From positions 1 to 44,590 of the forward strand of contig JBEDID010000002.1 of assembly GCA_041173745.1 (NCBI GenBank): a stretch of 44,590 bases of DNA, in the 5' to 3' direction. This document shows, in pieces, positions 25,843 to 35,006 of the stretch (its first letter is position 1; each line of letters starts with the position of its first letter). Source of the DNA: Candidatus Parcubacteria bacterium. Its GTDB lineage: Bacteria > Patescibacteriota > Minisyncoccia > Phycocordibacterales > UBA918. Both the position numbers and the translations under genes were made by a program. A model generated the notes under the pieces. It was not told the DNA's origin and did no database searches. It saw only the letters and a program-made list of their open reading frames with translations.

Positions 25843-26874
25843 TTATTTTTTTAGAATTTGCCGCGCAGTTTCTGCAACGTGCTCTACTAAGGTCTGTGTG
25901 TAACTAGTCTCATTGTCGTACCAAGCTAATACTTTCACTAGATTTCCTCCCACCACTTTTGTAAATGATAAATCAGCTAGTGAGCCAACCCGAGAACCAA
26001 TGATATCAGAAGAAACAATTGGTTCTTCAGTCGCAGCAAAGATGCGCTGCCAACGTGGCTCCAAAGCAGCCTTGCGTAAAAGGTCATTAACTTCTTCTAC
26101 TGATGTATCCCGTGAAGCAATAAATGTCACATCAACAATCGAACCTACTGGTACCGGTACGCGCATCGCGATACCGTCAAACTTTCCTACTAATTCTGGA
26201 TGTACCAAAGTAGTAGCGATAGCTGCACCGGTAGTCGATGGAATTATATTTAATGCTGCTGCTCGACCCTCTCGCAAATCTTTTTTGGATGGACTGTCTA
26301 CTAATGACTGGCTAGCGGTGTAAGCGTGCACAGTATTAAGAACAGCTTTCTCGATACCGATTGACTCTTTAAGAATCGCTATCAGTGGACTGGTAGCATT
26401 AGTGGTACAAGAAGCGTTTGACGAAATGTCGCAAGTAGCGAGCTGTTCTTGATTGACTCCCATTAAAACGGTTACTCCATTTACACCAGCTGCTGCTGCG
26501 TCACCTTTAACGGGAGCAGAAATTACTACTCGTTTAGCGCCAGCGGTGAGGTGTTTTTTTGAACCTTCGTACGTAGTAAAGAAACCAGTTGATTCGATTA
26601 CAATATCAATGTTCATCGCTGCCCACGGCAACTTCTCTGGTTCACGTTCTTGTACAAAAGCAATTTCTTTTCCTCCGACCATCAACTTACCGTCTACCAC
26701 TTCAACCGTAAATGGGCTCTGTCCGTAGACTGAATCGTACTTAAGTAAATAAGCTAAACTTTCAATACTACCAAGATCATTGATAGCTACAATCTCAAAA
26801 TCAGCGTGCCCAAAAGCAGAACGCATGAACGTCCGTCCAATTCTTCCAAATCCATTTATTGCTACACGTACCAT
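25843..26874 (-). CDS. gap: Glyceraldehyde-3-phosphate dehydrogenase
   Basis: 343 aa. VRVAINGFGRIGR, active-site SNASCTTN, WYDNE. Confidence 0.95.
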   Translation of the reverse strand: MVRVAINGFGRIGRTFMRSAFGHADFEIVAINDLGSIESLAYLLKYDSVYGQSPFTVEVVDGKLMVGGKEIAFVQEREPEKLPWAAMNIDIVIESTGFFTTYEGSKKHLTAGAKRVVISAPVKGDAAAAGVNGVTVLMGVNQEQLATCDISSNASCTTNATSPLIAILKESIGIEKAVLNTVHAYTASQSLVDSPSKKDLREGRAAALNIIPSTTGAAIATTLVHPELVGKFDGIAMRVPVPVGSIVDVTFIASRDTSVEEVNDLLRKAALEPRWQRIFAATEEPIVSSDIIGSRVGSLADLSFTKVVGGNLVKVLAWYDNETSYTQTLVEHVAETARQILKK

Positions 26875-26938
26875 AAAAACATCTTATTATTAAAATAATT
26901 AACTATCTTTAACTATACAGTAAATCAACCGCACTACG

Positions 26939-28594
26939 TTATGTCTTATCCTCAGTCCGTCTGCGAACAAGAAAGTAAAAAAGTGTCATTAAGGACAATA
27001 TGACTAGAGCAATTAAACCGGCCTGCGAATATTTATAAATTTGATCCGGAAAAACCACGGCTTCTGTAGGATTTACCACTGGGGCAACAAACTGCAAAGG
27101 AGCCTGATAAGTCGCTACAACAAATGCTTCATAATCATAAATAGCAACTTTAATCTGCGAACTACCAATTACCATCAGTGGAGCAATAGTCGCTTCATAG
27201 GCTGTCTGATCTTTATTCACACGCAACAAAAATGAGTACACTTGACGATTGTCGGTTGGATCTAAGACGGTCGCAATGATAGATTTTAGATTACCGGCTA
27301 TTGAGTGGTACGGGATAGAAATCACAAATGACTGGTCACTATTGAGCGATATATTTGTTTTCGATAAATCAAAAACCTCTCCCGTCTGATTTATTTTTAT
27401 TTCAGCTGCCTGCGGCATTTTCATGTCGACAGTTACACGATTAGTAGAAACGCTAGAGGTCGCTTCAGCTGTGATAATTGGTGCTTGTATACCAGATTGA
27501 GGTAGATTATCTCCAGTTTTATCTTCGTCTTTTTGATTAGAGTTTGGTAAAACCAAATTATTCTCAGCGTAAGCCATTGCTACTGCCCCAGATGAAACAT
27601 TACCAAAAATGTCATAGACAAAGGCTGTGTAGTAGGCCGGAGAATACTGCGCTAATATGCCAACATCTACAACCCCGGTCTCGGTACCTTGGTACACAAC
27701 CGCACCAGCTTGAGGATAATCAGGAAATCCTATGTAACTACGAACAATACGTACGTAAGCAAATTTATCATCGGTCGGTAATTGCCATGACAATTTCACA
27801 TCCTCACCTTGGGCTGTTGCTTGAAAACGATTAACATTGACGGGAGAAAACACTTGTTCATTATCTAGAGTCTGAAACCAACCGGACTTTAATACCGAGT
27901 GCTGCCCGTATGGAGTGTAACCTATGACTTCATAATTATATTTAGTACCTGGCTCTAATTCTGTCAGTAAAATAGAGTGGTCTTTAGAGTATATTTCTCT
28001 AACAACATATCCTAGTTCATACGAAGCAGTCTTTCCCCAACGTACTTCAATCCGCGCTGGTAATGCTGTGGTCAGTTGCAGACTAGTGGTTGAAACTCCT
28101 GTTGTAATCGAAAAATCTCGCAGCACCACTCTAGCGATTGTACTTTCAGTAGATGTTACATCTGGGGTCGAAGTCGAAGACGGGGGCAATGGAGGCACTG
28201 GTGGAACAACTCCAGAAGTGGTAGTAGCTAAACTGTTTGAACTCGATGAGTAATTTAAAGCAGGATCAAAAGCTCTAATCACATATGAATAAGTTGTACT
28301 CGCAGCTAATCCTGCATCAGAATAATTATGTAAAGTGGTGGTAGCAATAGGCAAACCATCACGCACCACAACATAACCCGCCAACATAAAATTGTCGGTT
28401 GAAACTGACCATGTGAGATCAATTTGAGTAGCAGCAATAGGAGCCGCTGTAAGTAAAACTGGGGTAGATGGTGCAATGCTATCTGCGCCACTTAATGCTA
28501 CACGAACATTAAAGGCATTTGAATCGACAGCTTGTACCGACCCTATCTGTACCACAAAGAAAAAGGCACAACCTAAAATAAAAAGTTTCTTCAT
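26939..28594 (-). CDS. Secreted protein with about three fibronectin-III-like domains and a C-terminal TM anchor
   Basis: The ORF track starts at 28645. ATG 28594 gives MKKLFILGCAFFFVVQIGSVQA (signal peptide) and removes the overlap with the upstream gene. FN3-like segments include PSTPVLLTAAPIAATQIDLTWS...YSYVIRAFD. C-terminal TM AGLIALVILSLMTLFYFLV is followed by RRRTEDKT. Confidence 0.7.
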   Translation of the reverse strand: MKKLFILGCAFFFVVQIGSVQAVDSNAFNVRVALSGADSIAPSTPVLLTAAPIAATQIDLTWSVSTDNFMLAGYVVVRDGLPIATTTLHNYSDAGLAASTTYSYVIRAFDPALNYSSSSNSLATTTSGVVPPVPPLPPSSTSTPDVTSTESTIARVVLRDFSITTGVSTTSLQLTTALPARIEVRWGKTASYELGYVVREIYSKDHSILLTELEPGTKYNYEVIGYTPYGQHSVLKSGWFQTLDNEQVFSPVNVNRFQATAQGEDVKLSWQLPTDDKFAYVRIVRSYIGFPDYPQAGAVVYQGTETGVVDVGILAQYSPAYYTAFVYDIFGNVSSGAVAMAYAENNLVLPNSNQKDEDKTGDNLPQSGIQAPIITAEATSSVSTNRVTVDMKMPQAAEIKINQTGEVFDLSKTNISLNSDQSFVISIPYHSIAGNLKSIIATVLDPTDNRQVYSFLLRVNKDQTAYEATIAPLMVIGSSQIKVAIYDYEAFVVATYQAPLQFVAPVVNPTEAVVFPDQIYKYSQAGLIALVILSLMTLFYFLVRRRTEDKT

Positions 28595-28601
28595 CTGTCT
28601 A

Positions 28602-29372
28602 TTATAACGGTAAAGCGGTGACAGTAGAGGTCGCGGTATACACACCCGACTCCACTCCAGCCGAACTTCCTATGCCAATTCTAAAATAAACAGTCGTAGT
28701 TGCGCCACTAGGATGATTGGCTGCTAGTCCTGTAGCAATCGTCGTCGGAGTTACATTCAAACCATCCCAACAAGCCAAGGCTGTTTGTCCTGATCCAAGA
28801 TTACAACTTCCTCCATCATCAAGAAATGCTTGCACTATATCGACCCCTTTGGGTGAATACCCGAGATGAGCATCAGTACCACCAATAAGAAAGGAGAAAT
28901 CTGGTTCAGGACCCGCATTATAATCAGCTATTGCTCCCCCTCCTCCATCACGTTGCATAGCTGGATTATTTTGAGCTTGGATTGTAAGTTGATAACCAGC
29001 TGGACTGTCAGTAGTAACCGTAAAAGTCGTAGAGCCATTTGAAGTTCCTCCGGTTAACCCCGGTAAGTCTGGAGACATGTTTACATCACCACTACTAGCA
29101 AGGCTGATAAAAACCTCCTGCATTTGTTGGTAACCAGCTCGCAAAGAATATGTCGTACTGTCCAATGGACCTGTCGCAATCTCACCTACAGTACTTTCTT
29201 GTCGATATGAAGTAGAGCTTGAATATCCACCGCCAATATTAACACTGTCGCTTTGCAGTTGATAATTATTACTAGTACGCACCTGTGCAATGGACACCTG
29301 AAAAAAGCTCAAAACTAAAGTTGTAGCTACTACTGATTGCCCTAATGAATTTAGTAAACTCCTAATTTTCAT
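28602..29372 (-). CDS. Secreted protein, paralog 2 of a WxL-like(?) family, with N-terminal SxNY repeat region
   Basis: 256 aa. Signal peptide. SNNYQL/STSYRQ/STTYSL repeats. Shares GLTGG, AGYQLTI, FLDDGGSCNLGSGQTALACW and C-terminal YTATSTVTALPL with the 30461-31180 product. Confidence 0.6.
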   Translation of the reverse strand: MKIRSLLNSLGQSVVATTLVLSFFQVSIAQVRTSNNYQLQSDSVNIGGGYSSSTSYRQESTVGEIATGPLDSTTYSLRAGYQQMQEVFISLASSGDVNMSPDLPGLTGGTSNGSTTFTVTTDSPAGYQLTIQAQNNPAMQRDGGGGAIADYNAGPEPDFSFLIGGTDAHLGYSPKGVDIVQAFLDDGGSCNLGSGQTALACWDGLNVTPTTIATGLAANHPSGATTTVYFRIGIGSSAGVESGVYTATSTVTALPL

Positions 29373-29374
29373 AT

Positions 29375-30445
29375 TTAATCACCTTTCCGCTTAAATTCAA
29401 ACCTTCGGAAAAATGCTTTCATGATGAAAATAATAAAGAACAAAATAAGGAATATTCCACCAACAATCTTCCAAGGCAAGACCCAGAATGACACTGAAAC
29501 TTCATCAATAACATCTTCGTAACCACGATTTACTTTTGCCGTAACGGTGTATCGACCAAGTAAAAATTCACGATCCCAAGTTACGTCTCTAATTCGAAGT
29601 GAGCCAGGCAAAACAAACCAAGGTTCTAGTTCGACAAAACCAACTTCTTCACCGAACATATTTTTAATAGACAATTCTCCATAAGGATTAACGTGAACTG
29701 AACCTGTGTTTTCATACAAAACTCCTAATTCAATTGGACCCTTTTCATACCACCATTTATTATCAATAGTAGTCAGAGACAACGTCTTACCTTCGGTTTT
29801 TGCCTCCCCTTTAACCCGCAAGAAAAAGAGAGAACCAACTCGAGCAATAATCGGTGACCGCGGTGCAGTAGCCGTATTAGCTTCACTGTTCTGAACTGTT
29901 GAAACAAGAACACTACCATAATAACCACCTGGCTCAGCATCTGGTGGTACGGTAATTTTTACTGGAATTCGAGCTCTTTCACCTAATTCAAGAACGAGTT
30001 CATCCTTAGGAAAAGAAATATAATCCCGAATACTGTACGGCCCTCGACTAGCACCCGTCAAACTAACAGCGCTACTTCCATCAGTACTACCTGCAATATC
30101 TTCCACTTCTAATCTAAAGGTTCTAGTCGCACTGATACGATTAGTAACAGTCACCTCTTGGATGACCGTTTCACCTGGACTCACTTCTATCTCTGTCCGA
30201 CCGGGACCAACTACAAAGTCTCCAACTTCAGGATTACCAGAGATGTGCTCAGATTTATACCAAAGATCGTCGTTAATGTTTGCATCAACAGGTAGAACTA
30301 ATTCGGTAGTGGTCGCAACAGCATCGACTGCTGAAACAGAAAGGTCTGCTTCTTGCGCAAAAACCTCTCCGGAGAGAGGTGTTGCAAGGAGTACCATTAG
30401 GCAAAAAATAAATAAATTTCTCAGAAGTGTAGTCATAATTTTCAT
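29375..30445 (-). CDS. Signal-peptide protein with two beta-rich domains and C-terminal TM plus basic tail (DUF916/DUF3324-like architecture)
   Basis: 356 aa. Signal peptide ending AQEA. VVGPGRTEIEVSPGETVIQEVTVTNR (Ig-like strand pattern). Second domain PIELGVLYENTGSVHVNPYGELSIKN...GRYTVTAKV. C-terminus WKIVGGIFLILFFIIFIMKAFFRRFEFKRKGD. Confidence 0.6.
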   Translation of the reverse strand: MKIMTTLLRNLFIFCLMVLLATPLSGEVFAQEADLSVSAVDAVATTTELVLPVDANINDDLWYKSEHISGNPEVGDFVVGPGRTEIEVSPGETVIQEVTVTNRISATRTFRLEVEDIAGSTDGSSAVSLTGASRGPYSIRDYISFPKDELVLELGERARIPVKITVPPDAEPGGYYGSVLVSTVQNSEANTATAPRSPIIARVGSLFFLRVKGEAKTEGKTLSLTTIDNKWWYEKGPIELGVLYENTGSVHVNPYGELSIKNMFGEEVGFVELEPWFVLPGSLRIRDVTWDREFLLGRYTVTAKVNRGYEDVIDEVSVSFWVLPWKIVGGIFLILFFIIFIMKAFFRRFEFKRKGD

Positions 30446-30460
30446 ACGCTACAGTCTACT

Positions 30461-31180
30461 TTAAAGTGCCAGTAGTGACAAGGTAGCTGTGGCTGTATAG
30501 GTCTGAGCTTCTGGAACTGGGACAGGACTGTTCGGAACTGTGATATTGAAGGTTATAGTTGAGGTAGCTCCAGTTGGTGCTGAACTGCCCCGAGTCACAA
30601 TCTGAAAAGGAGCAGTACTAGGAGCTTTCCAACATTTTAGAGGAGTCTGGGCTGCTCCAGCATTACAAGCAGCACCATTGTTTAAGAAGGAAAGATCAGT
30701 ATCAGTGGTAGTGGTAGATGTTACTGTGTATGCGAACTGAGCGGCAGTACTAGCGGTACGACCATACGATGGTTGACCTCCCACGTCTCCACTGTAATCT
30801 CGGATAGCTTCACTACCATCAATATCACCTGCCATTGATTGTGCTCCAGTATTATCAAAGAAGTCAATTGAAACAGTGTACCCAGCAGCATTGTTTGTCA
30901 AAACAACAAACTGAGAAGTGCCTGTAGCCTGACCGCCTGTCAAACCTGAGATAGACCCAGTCATTGAGACATTATTTGGTTGTACCAAGAATGAGTTTTC
31001 AGAAGTGACTGTAGCACGAACATAAAAATCAGTACTGTTTACTGCCTGACCAATTGCCGGCTCAGCCAAGAAGAAGCCCATGAATAATAATGAGAGAATA
31101 GTCCCACTAGCAAGTACCGCGTACGTTGCTGATTGAGTTATGTTGTTTTTATATTGTGTAATCATATTATTTTTTGTCAT
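30461..31180 (-). CDS. Secreted protein, paralog 1 of a WxL-like(?) family
   Basis: 239 aa. N-terminal hydrophobic signal (AVLASGTILSLLFMGFFLAEPAIGQA). GLTGG, AGYTVSI, FLNNGAACNAGAAQTPLKCW, C-terminal YTATATLSLLAL. Confidence 0.6.
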   Translation of the reverse strand: MTKNNMITQYKNNITQSATYAVLASGTILSLLFMGFFLAEPAIGQAVNSTDFYVRATVTSENSFLVQPNNVSMTGSISGLTGGQATGTSQFVVLTNNAAGYTVSIDFFDNTGAQSMAGDIDGSEAIRDYSGDVGGQPSYGRTASTAAQFAYTVTSTTTTDTDLSFLNNGAACNAGAAQTPLKCWKAPSTAPFQIVTRGSSAPTGATSTITFNITVPNSPVPVPEAQTYTATATLSLLAL

Positions 31181-31293
31181 TTATCAAATTATTATAACAA
31201 TAATCATTTACTGACACCCGCGAATCTTTTCTTGTACTGTGTATAACTTTTTAGTTATTTACTATACATATTTGTACCTAGGAAGAACTATTC

Positions 31294-32028
31294 TTATATG
31301 TCTGAAGATACTATAGGTACCACCACAAAAGGAATCTCTGAACCAATAAGATTTCCGACTTTATCAACCCGACCTACTACGTAACTACCATCTTCCTTTT
31401 GCACAGCCACAACCTCGTCAGAGAATAAAGAGTTGACGGATGTGGTCGAACCACTAGCTGGCAATAAAAGCACACCTTGTTTAACATCACCTAATCCTTG
31501 TATATCTTGAGAAACTGAATTATTAATCGGAGCTACAGTAACCTCTGACACAACTGACTCAACCGAATTTTGCATATTTGTTGCCTCAGCCACACTACCA
31601 GTGAAACGTTGTGAGGTGTGACTGTCAACTAATTGGATTGGTTTAGTCAGTATAAATTGATGAACTCCCCAGCCACTAAGTATTCCAAAAGACAAAACCA
31701 CTAGAGCTATCGCGACAGCTCTAGTATGCAGGGACCGAGCTCGTTTATTGTGTACTTTTTTTTGAGCGATAACACTATCTCTAACCTGACATTCTTGTTT
31801 ACGCTCCTCGCTTAATTGACGCTTACGCACCTCTTGTTCAAGAACCATATTTTGAGAATAAGCTTTGAGTGAATCAAGATCAACAAACCATTGTCGACCA
31901 ACTACGGTAGCAAAAATTTTACCTTCACGGGCTAGTCGTGTGACGTAGTCCCTAGAATAAGAAACAGCATTCGCAGCCTCTTTGATTGGCGAAAGTTTTT
32001 TACCATCTATTTCTAAAACGTCTAACAT
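31294..32028 (-). CDS. Membrane-tethered HTH (excisionase/MerR-like HTH_17-type) protein, paralog B
   Basis: The ORF track starts at TTG 32076. ATG 32028 (MLDVLEIDGKKLSPIKEAANAVSYSRDYVTRLAREGKIFATVVGRQWFVDLDSL) aligns with the N-terminus of the upstream paralog. A basic coiled segment follows, then TM AVAIALVVLSFGILSGWGV and a ~120-aa extracytoplasmic tail. Confidence 0.65.
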   Translation of the reverse strand: MLDVLEIDGKKLSPIKEAANAVSYSRDYVTRLAREGKIFATVVGRQWFVDLDSLKAYSQNMVLEQEVRKRQLSEERKQECQVRDSVIAQKKVHNKRARSLHTRAVAIALVVLSFGILSGWGVHQFILTKPIQLVDSHTSQRFTGSVAEATNMQNSVESVVSEVTVAPINNSVSQDIQGLGDVKQGVLLLPASGSTTSVNSLFSDEVVAVQKEDGSYVVGRVDKVGNLIGSEIPFVVVPIVSSDI

Positions 32029-32118
32029 AACAAGCTTGTCTTTAATTATAAAGCCAAAACATGTCATCAACACCAACGGAGTGTGTATAAGTTTTAATAT
32101 CTAAAAAAGACTGCGGTC

Positions 32119-33270
32119 TTAAAGGTGTAGCATCTGCAACAAAGTCTGGAAGTCCAGTGTGACAAACGAACGGTAAGTAACGTCACCAGCGACTACGAAG
32201 TTAGTGGCTGACAGAAGCATTAGTACAGCAAACAAGGCCAGTACAGTAGCAATCAAAGGCGACACGCGGACCAAAAAAGACATTTCAGCAACCACTTCGG
32301 GAATAGCAAGAATCTGTGGAATTATTGGTATTGGCAAATTATCTACCACCGCTGCAACGGCAGTAGTTTTAACAAACGCCTCAGCAGCAGGCTCAGGTAT
32401 TACTGTGACAATATTTTTAAACTCGGGTAACGGTGTGAGAACTTCATTTTTAACCTCTGGGGGAGTAGTAGGTAAAGGATTAGGAACATTAGTTTTGATA
32501 CTTTCAGACATTGGGGGAAATACGATAGCCATCTTTCTAGGGACAATATTTACCATACTGGTCTTACGCTTGAATAATGTAAGGCCTTTTCTTTTTGGTT
32601 TATCATCAACCTTTGGTGCAACAATTTTTGACACAAGCTCCGAGATAACTTTATTAATATGATTATCACTGGTCTCGGTCTCAACTTTTGATTCGGTATT
32701 TGCTTCTGATTCAGATTCTGGTTTGGGCACATCTGGAAAAGTTGTAACTGTAAGCTTGCCAGATAACGCAACGTCTGGAATGGCAGTTGGAGTAAAAGTT
32801 GAAAGATTCTGCTTACCGCCAACATTTATTTTATAAGCATCGGCTTGATCTATTCTGATTGATTTCGCTGGCTGATAATGTTTCTTGATAAGTTTTGGAA
32901 TAAGAAATTCATCGTCAATTTCATAAGAGATTTTTAATTTTCTACTTTTGTCAGATGTAATTTTTATCGGTGAGACAGGAAATGATTTATGTACTCGAGC
33001 TGTTACCTCCGGAAACACGTCAACCCGTTGTGGCTTTATATTACTAGATATTTCGGAAGAAAGATGTTCAACCTGAGTAACAGTAATGAATTTATTATCT
33101 TTGTGTTCTTGAATCGAATCGGGATTAACAAACCATGATCGACCGACCAAACGAGCATCGACTTTCTTTCCCCGACATAGTTGTCCAACATAATCTGAGG
33201 TATATTTAAAACGCTTAGCAATCACTGACGCTTTAACATAAAGAACTCCATCTAGTACCACTGTATCCAT
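32119..33270 (-). CDS. Membrane-tethered HTH (excisionase/MerR-like HTH_17-type) protein, paralog A, tail-anchored
   Basis: 383 aa. N-terminus VVLDGVLYVKASVIAKRFKYTSDYVGQLCRGKKVDARLVGRSWFVNPDSI (HTH followed by the R-x-W-x-V motif). Long Pro/Glu/Lys-rich linker. TM VSPLIATVLALFAVLMLLSA near the C-terminus. SD GGAG 5 nt upstream of the ATG. Confidence 0.65.
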   Translation of the reverse strand: MDTVVLDGVLYVKASVIAKRFKYTSDYVGQLCRGKKVDARLVGRSWFVNPDSIQEHKDNKFITVTQVEHLSSEISSNIKPQRVDVFPEVTARVHKSFPVSPIKITSDKSRKLKISYEIDDEFLIPKLIKKHYQPAKSIRIDQADAYKINVGGKQNLSTFTPTAIPDVALSGKLTVTTFPDVPKPESESEANTESKVETETSDNHINKVISELVSKIVAPKVDDKPKRKGLTLFKRKTSMVNIVPRKMAIVFPPMSESIKTNVPNPLPTTPPEVKNEVLTPLPEFKNIVTVIPEPAAEAFVKTTAVAAVVDNLPIPIIPQILAIPEVVAEMSFLVRVSPLIATVLALFAVLMLLSATNFVVAGDVTYRSFVTLDFQTLLQMLHL

Positions 33271-33289
33271 TACTCCTATTCTAACAGAG

Positions 33290-33323
33290 AAAATAAAAAT
33301 ACACCTCGTAATGAGGTGTATTA
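33290..33323 (-). terminator. gatB rho-independent terminator
   Basis: AATACACCTC(33298-33307)/GAGGTGTATT(33313-33322). T-run follows on the minus strand. Confidence 0.75.
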
Positions 33324-33388
33324 CTATTAACTAGTCTATCCGAGATAAGGTTAATTTGCGTGTTTGTATTAGCTTAAATTGAAATAAT

Positions 33389-34798
33389 TTATTTAATACT
33401 AGCAACTATAAGTGCCTTCAAGGTTGCCGGATTGGCTGTCCCTTTAGTTAGCTTCATTCCTTGTCCAACCAAAAACTGCAGAGCAGCTTCTTTACCAGTT
33501 TTATACTCATCCACCACAGTTGTATGCTCAGCGATTATTGAAGCGATAACAGGCTGAAGAGCACCTTCATCTGACACCTGCAGTAAACCGCGCTCCTTTG
33601 CAGTCTCATAAGGACCACTTTTACTACCAAATAATTCAGGCAACAAATCTTTAGCCACTCTAGAACCAATTTTATTTTCAAAGAGCATTGTCATCAGTTC
33701 AAGAAAATGAGCAGCTGGCAGTTGTGATAAAGATTGGCCTGTAGTGTTCCGAACTGCCACCACATCTGAAGTAAGGTAGTTGGCAGACAATTTTAAAATC
33801 TCGTCTGATACCTTAGAGGCTACCAGCTCGCTGAAATATTTATCGATGTCAGACTGTGAAATTATTGTCTCAACGGCATCACTCGGCAAGCCGAGATTTC
33901 CATACAATTCCCTTTTTTTATTAGGTAGAATTGGCATTTTCTCGGCTAAACGAGCTGCTCCAAATGCCTCATGTGTGCTGGTATCAATCTTGGGAATATC
34001 AGGGTCTGGGAAGTAACGATAATCTTTAGCTGTTTCTTTCGAACGCTGAGAAAAGGTTCGTGAGCGATTCTCATCCCAACCTCTGGTCTCTTGTTTTACC
34101 ACCTCTCCTTTCTCTAATAATTCTATCTGCCGTTCGACCTCATAGGCGATGGCTGACTCGACTGACTTGAAAGAGTTGATGTTTTTAACTTCAACTTTTG
34201 TGCCAAACACGTTTGACACTTTGCTGACTGAAATGTTTGCTTCAACTCTCATTTCGCCTCGCTCCATATTTGCATCGGAAACTCCGAGGGTTCTGAGCAG
34301 TAGCTGCAACTCTCTGGCAAACCGTCCGGCAGTTTCAGCGTCATGAATGACAGGTTCGGTCACCAACTCCATCAGCGGCACCCCTGCCCGATTGAAGTCC
34401 ACCAGACTTTCCTCACCTTTGTCATGCTGACTGCGAGCAGTATCCTCCTCAAGGTGCACTCGGGTCAATTGAATATTCTCAAGCTCACCTCCAGACAAGA
34501 ATGGAAAAGCGTACTGACTAATCTGGTAGGCCTTAGGAATGTCTGGGTAGAAATAATTCTTACGGTCAAACTCTGAGTACGTGGCCACAGTCGCTCCAAC
34601 CGCTTGCCCAAACTTAAGCACCATCTCAATCGCTTGTTCATTTGGTACTGGTAATGTTCCGGGATGAGCTAAGCAGACGGGACAGATATTTGTATTTGCA
34701 TCTGCGTCATGTGGTTCATTTTTACAGCCACAAAACATTTTACTTTTTGTTTTCAATTCGGCGTGTACTTCTAAACCAATTGTTGTGGTATATGACAT
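33389..34798 (-). CDS. gatB: Asp-tRNA(Asn)/Glu-tRNA(Gln) amidotransferase subunit B
   Basis: 469 aa. IGLEVHAELKTKSKMFCGC, CPVCLAHPGTLP, RVEANISV, C-terminal YqeY-like domain. Confidence 0.93.
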   Translation of the reverse strand: MSYTTTIGLEVHAELKTKSKMFCGCKNEPHDADANTNICPVCLAHPGTLPVPNEQAIEMVLKFGQAVGATVATYSEFDRKNYFYPDIPKAYQISQYAFPFLSGGELENIQLTRVHLEEDTARSQHDKGEESLVDFNRAGVPLMELVTEPVIHDAETAGRFARELQLLLRTLGVSDANMERGEMRVEANISVSKVSNVFGTKVEVKNINSFKSVESAIAYEVERQIELLEKGEVVKQETRGWDENRSRTFSQRSKETAKDYRYFPDPDIPKIDTSTHEAFGAARLAEKMPILPNKKRELYGNLGLPSDAVETIISQSDIDKYFSELVASKVSDEILKLSANYLTSDVVAVRNTTGQSLSQLPAAHFLELMTMLFENKIGSRVAKDLLPELFGSKSGPYETAKERGLLQVSDEGALQPVIASIIAEHTTVVDEYKTGKEAALQFLVGQGMKLTKGTANPATLKALIVASIK

Positions 34799-34975
34799 GA
34801 TTTGGAAAATGGTTAACTGACAATAATGCTGTGCATTGTACGTTTTGGATAGCTACCTGACAAGCTCTTCTGTTTGTAATATTAACTTAGCGACAAATAA
34901 TTAGAACTTTTGAAATAGCCGGTTTTGAAAAAAGTTATCGCTCAACTAACAAAAATCATCGAGGTTACTTATTTA

Positions 34976-35006
34976 AGTTTTAAGTAAAAAATTTTTACTT
35001 AAAACT
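34976..35006. repeat. Perfect 15-bp-arm palindrome within a ~230-bp extremely AT-rich spacer
   Basis: AGTTTTAAGTAAAAA(34976-34990) a TTTTTACTTAAAACT(34992-35006). Further A/T palindromes follow (TTTTTAAAAA, AATTTAAATT) up to ~35060. Confidence 0.85.

Noticed and set aside
27491-27505. LPQSG in the FN3 protein as a sortase motif
   Set aside because: It is not followed by a hydrophobic segment and charged tail. It lies ~190 residues before the real C-terminal TM.
28595-28645. N-terminal extensions suggested by the ORF track at 28645, 36266, 32076, 21615, 6729 and 39724
   Set aside because: Several of the extensions use TTG starts (32076, 21615, 6729). One of them (28645) overlaps the upstream gene. 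The extensions precede canonical family N-termini or signal peptides. Internal ATGs at 28594, 36218, 32028, 21648, 6750 and 39664 fit better.
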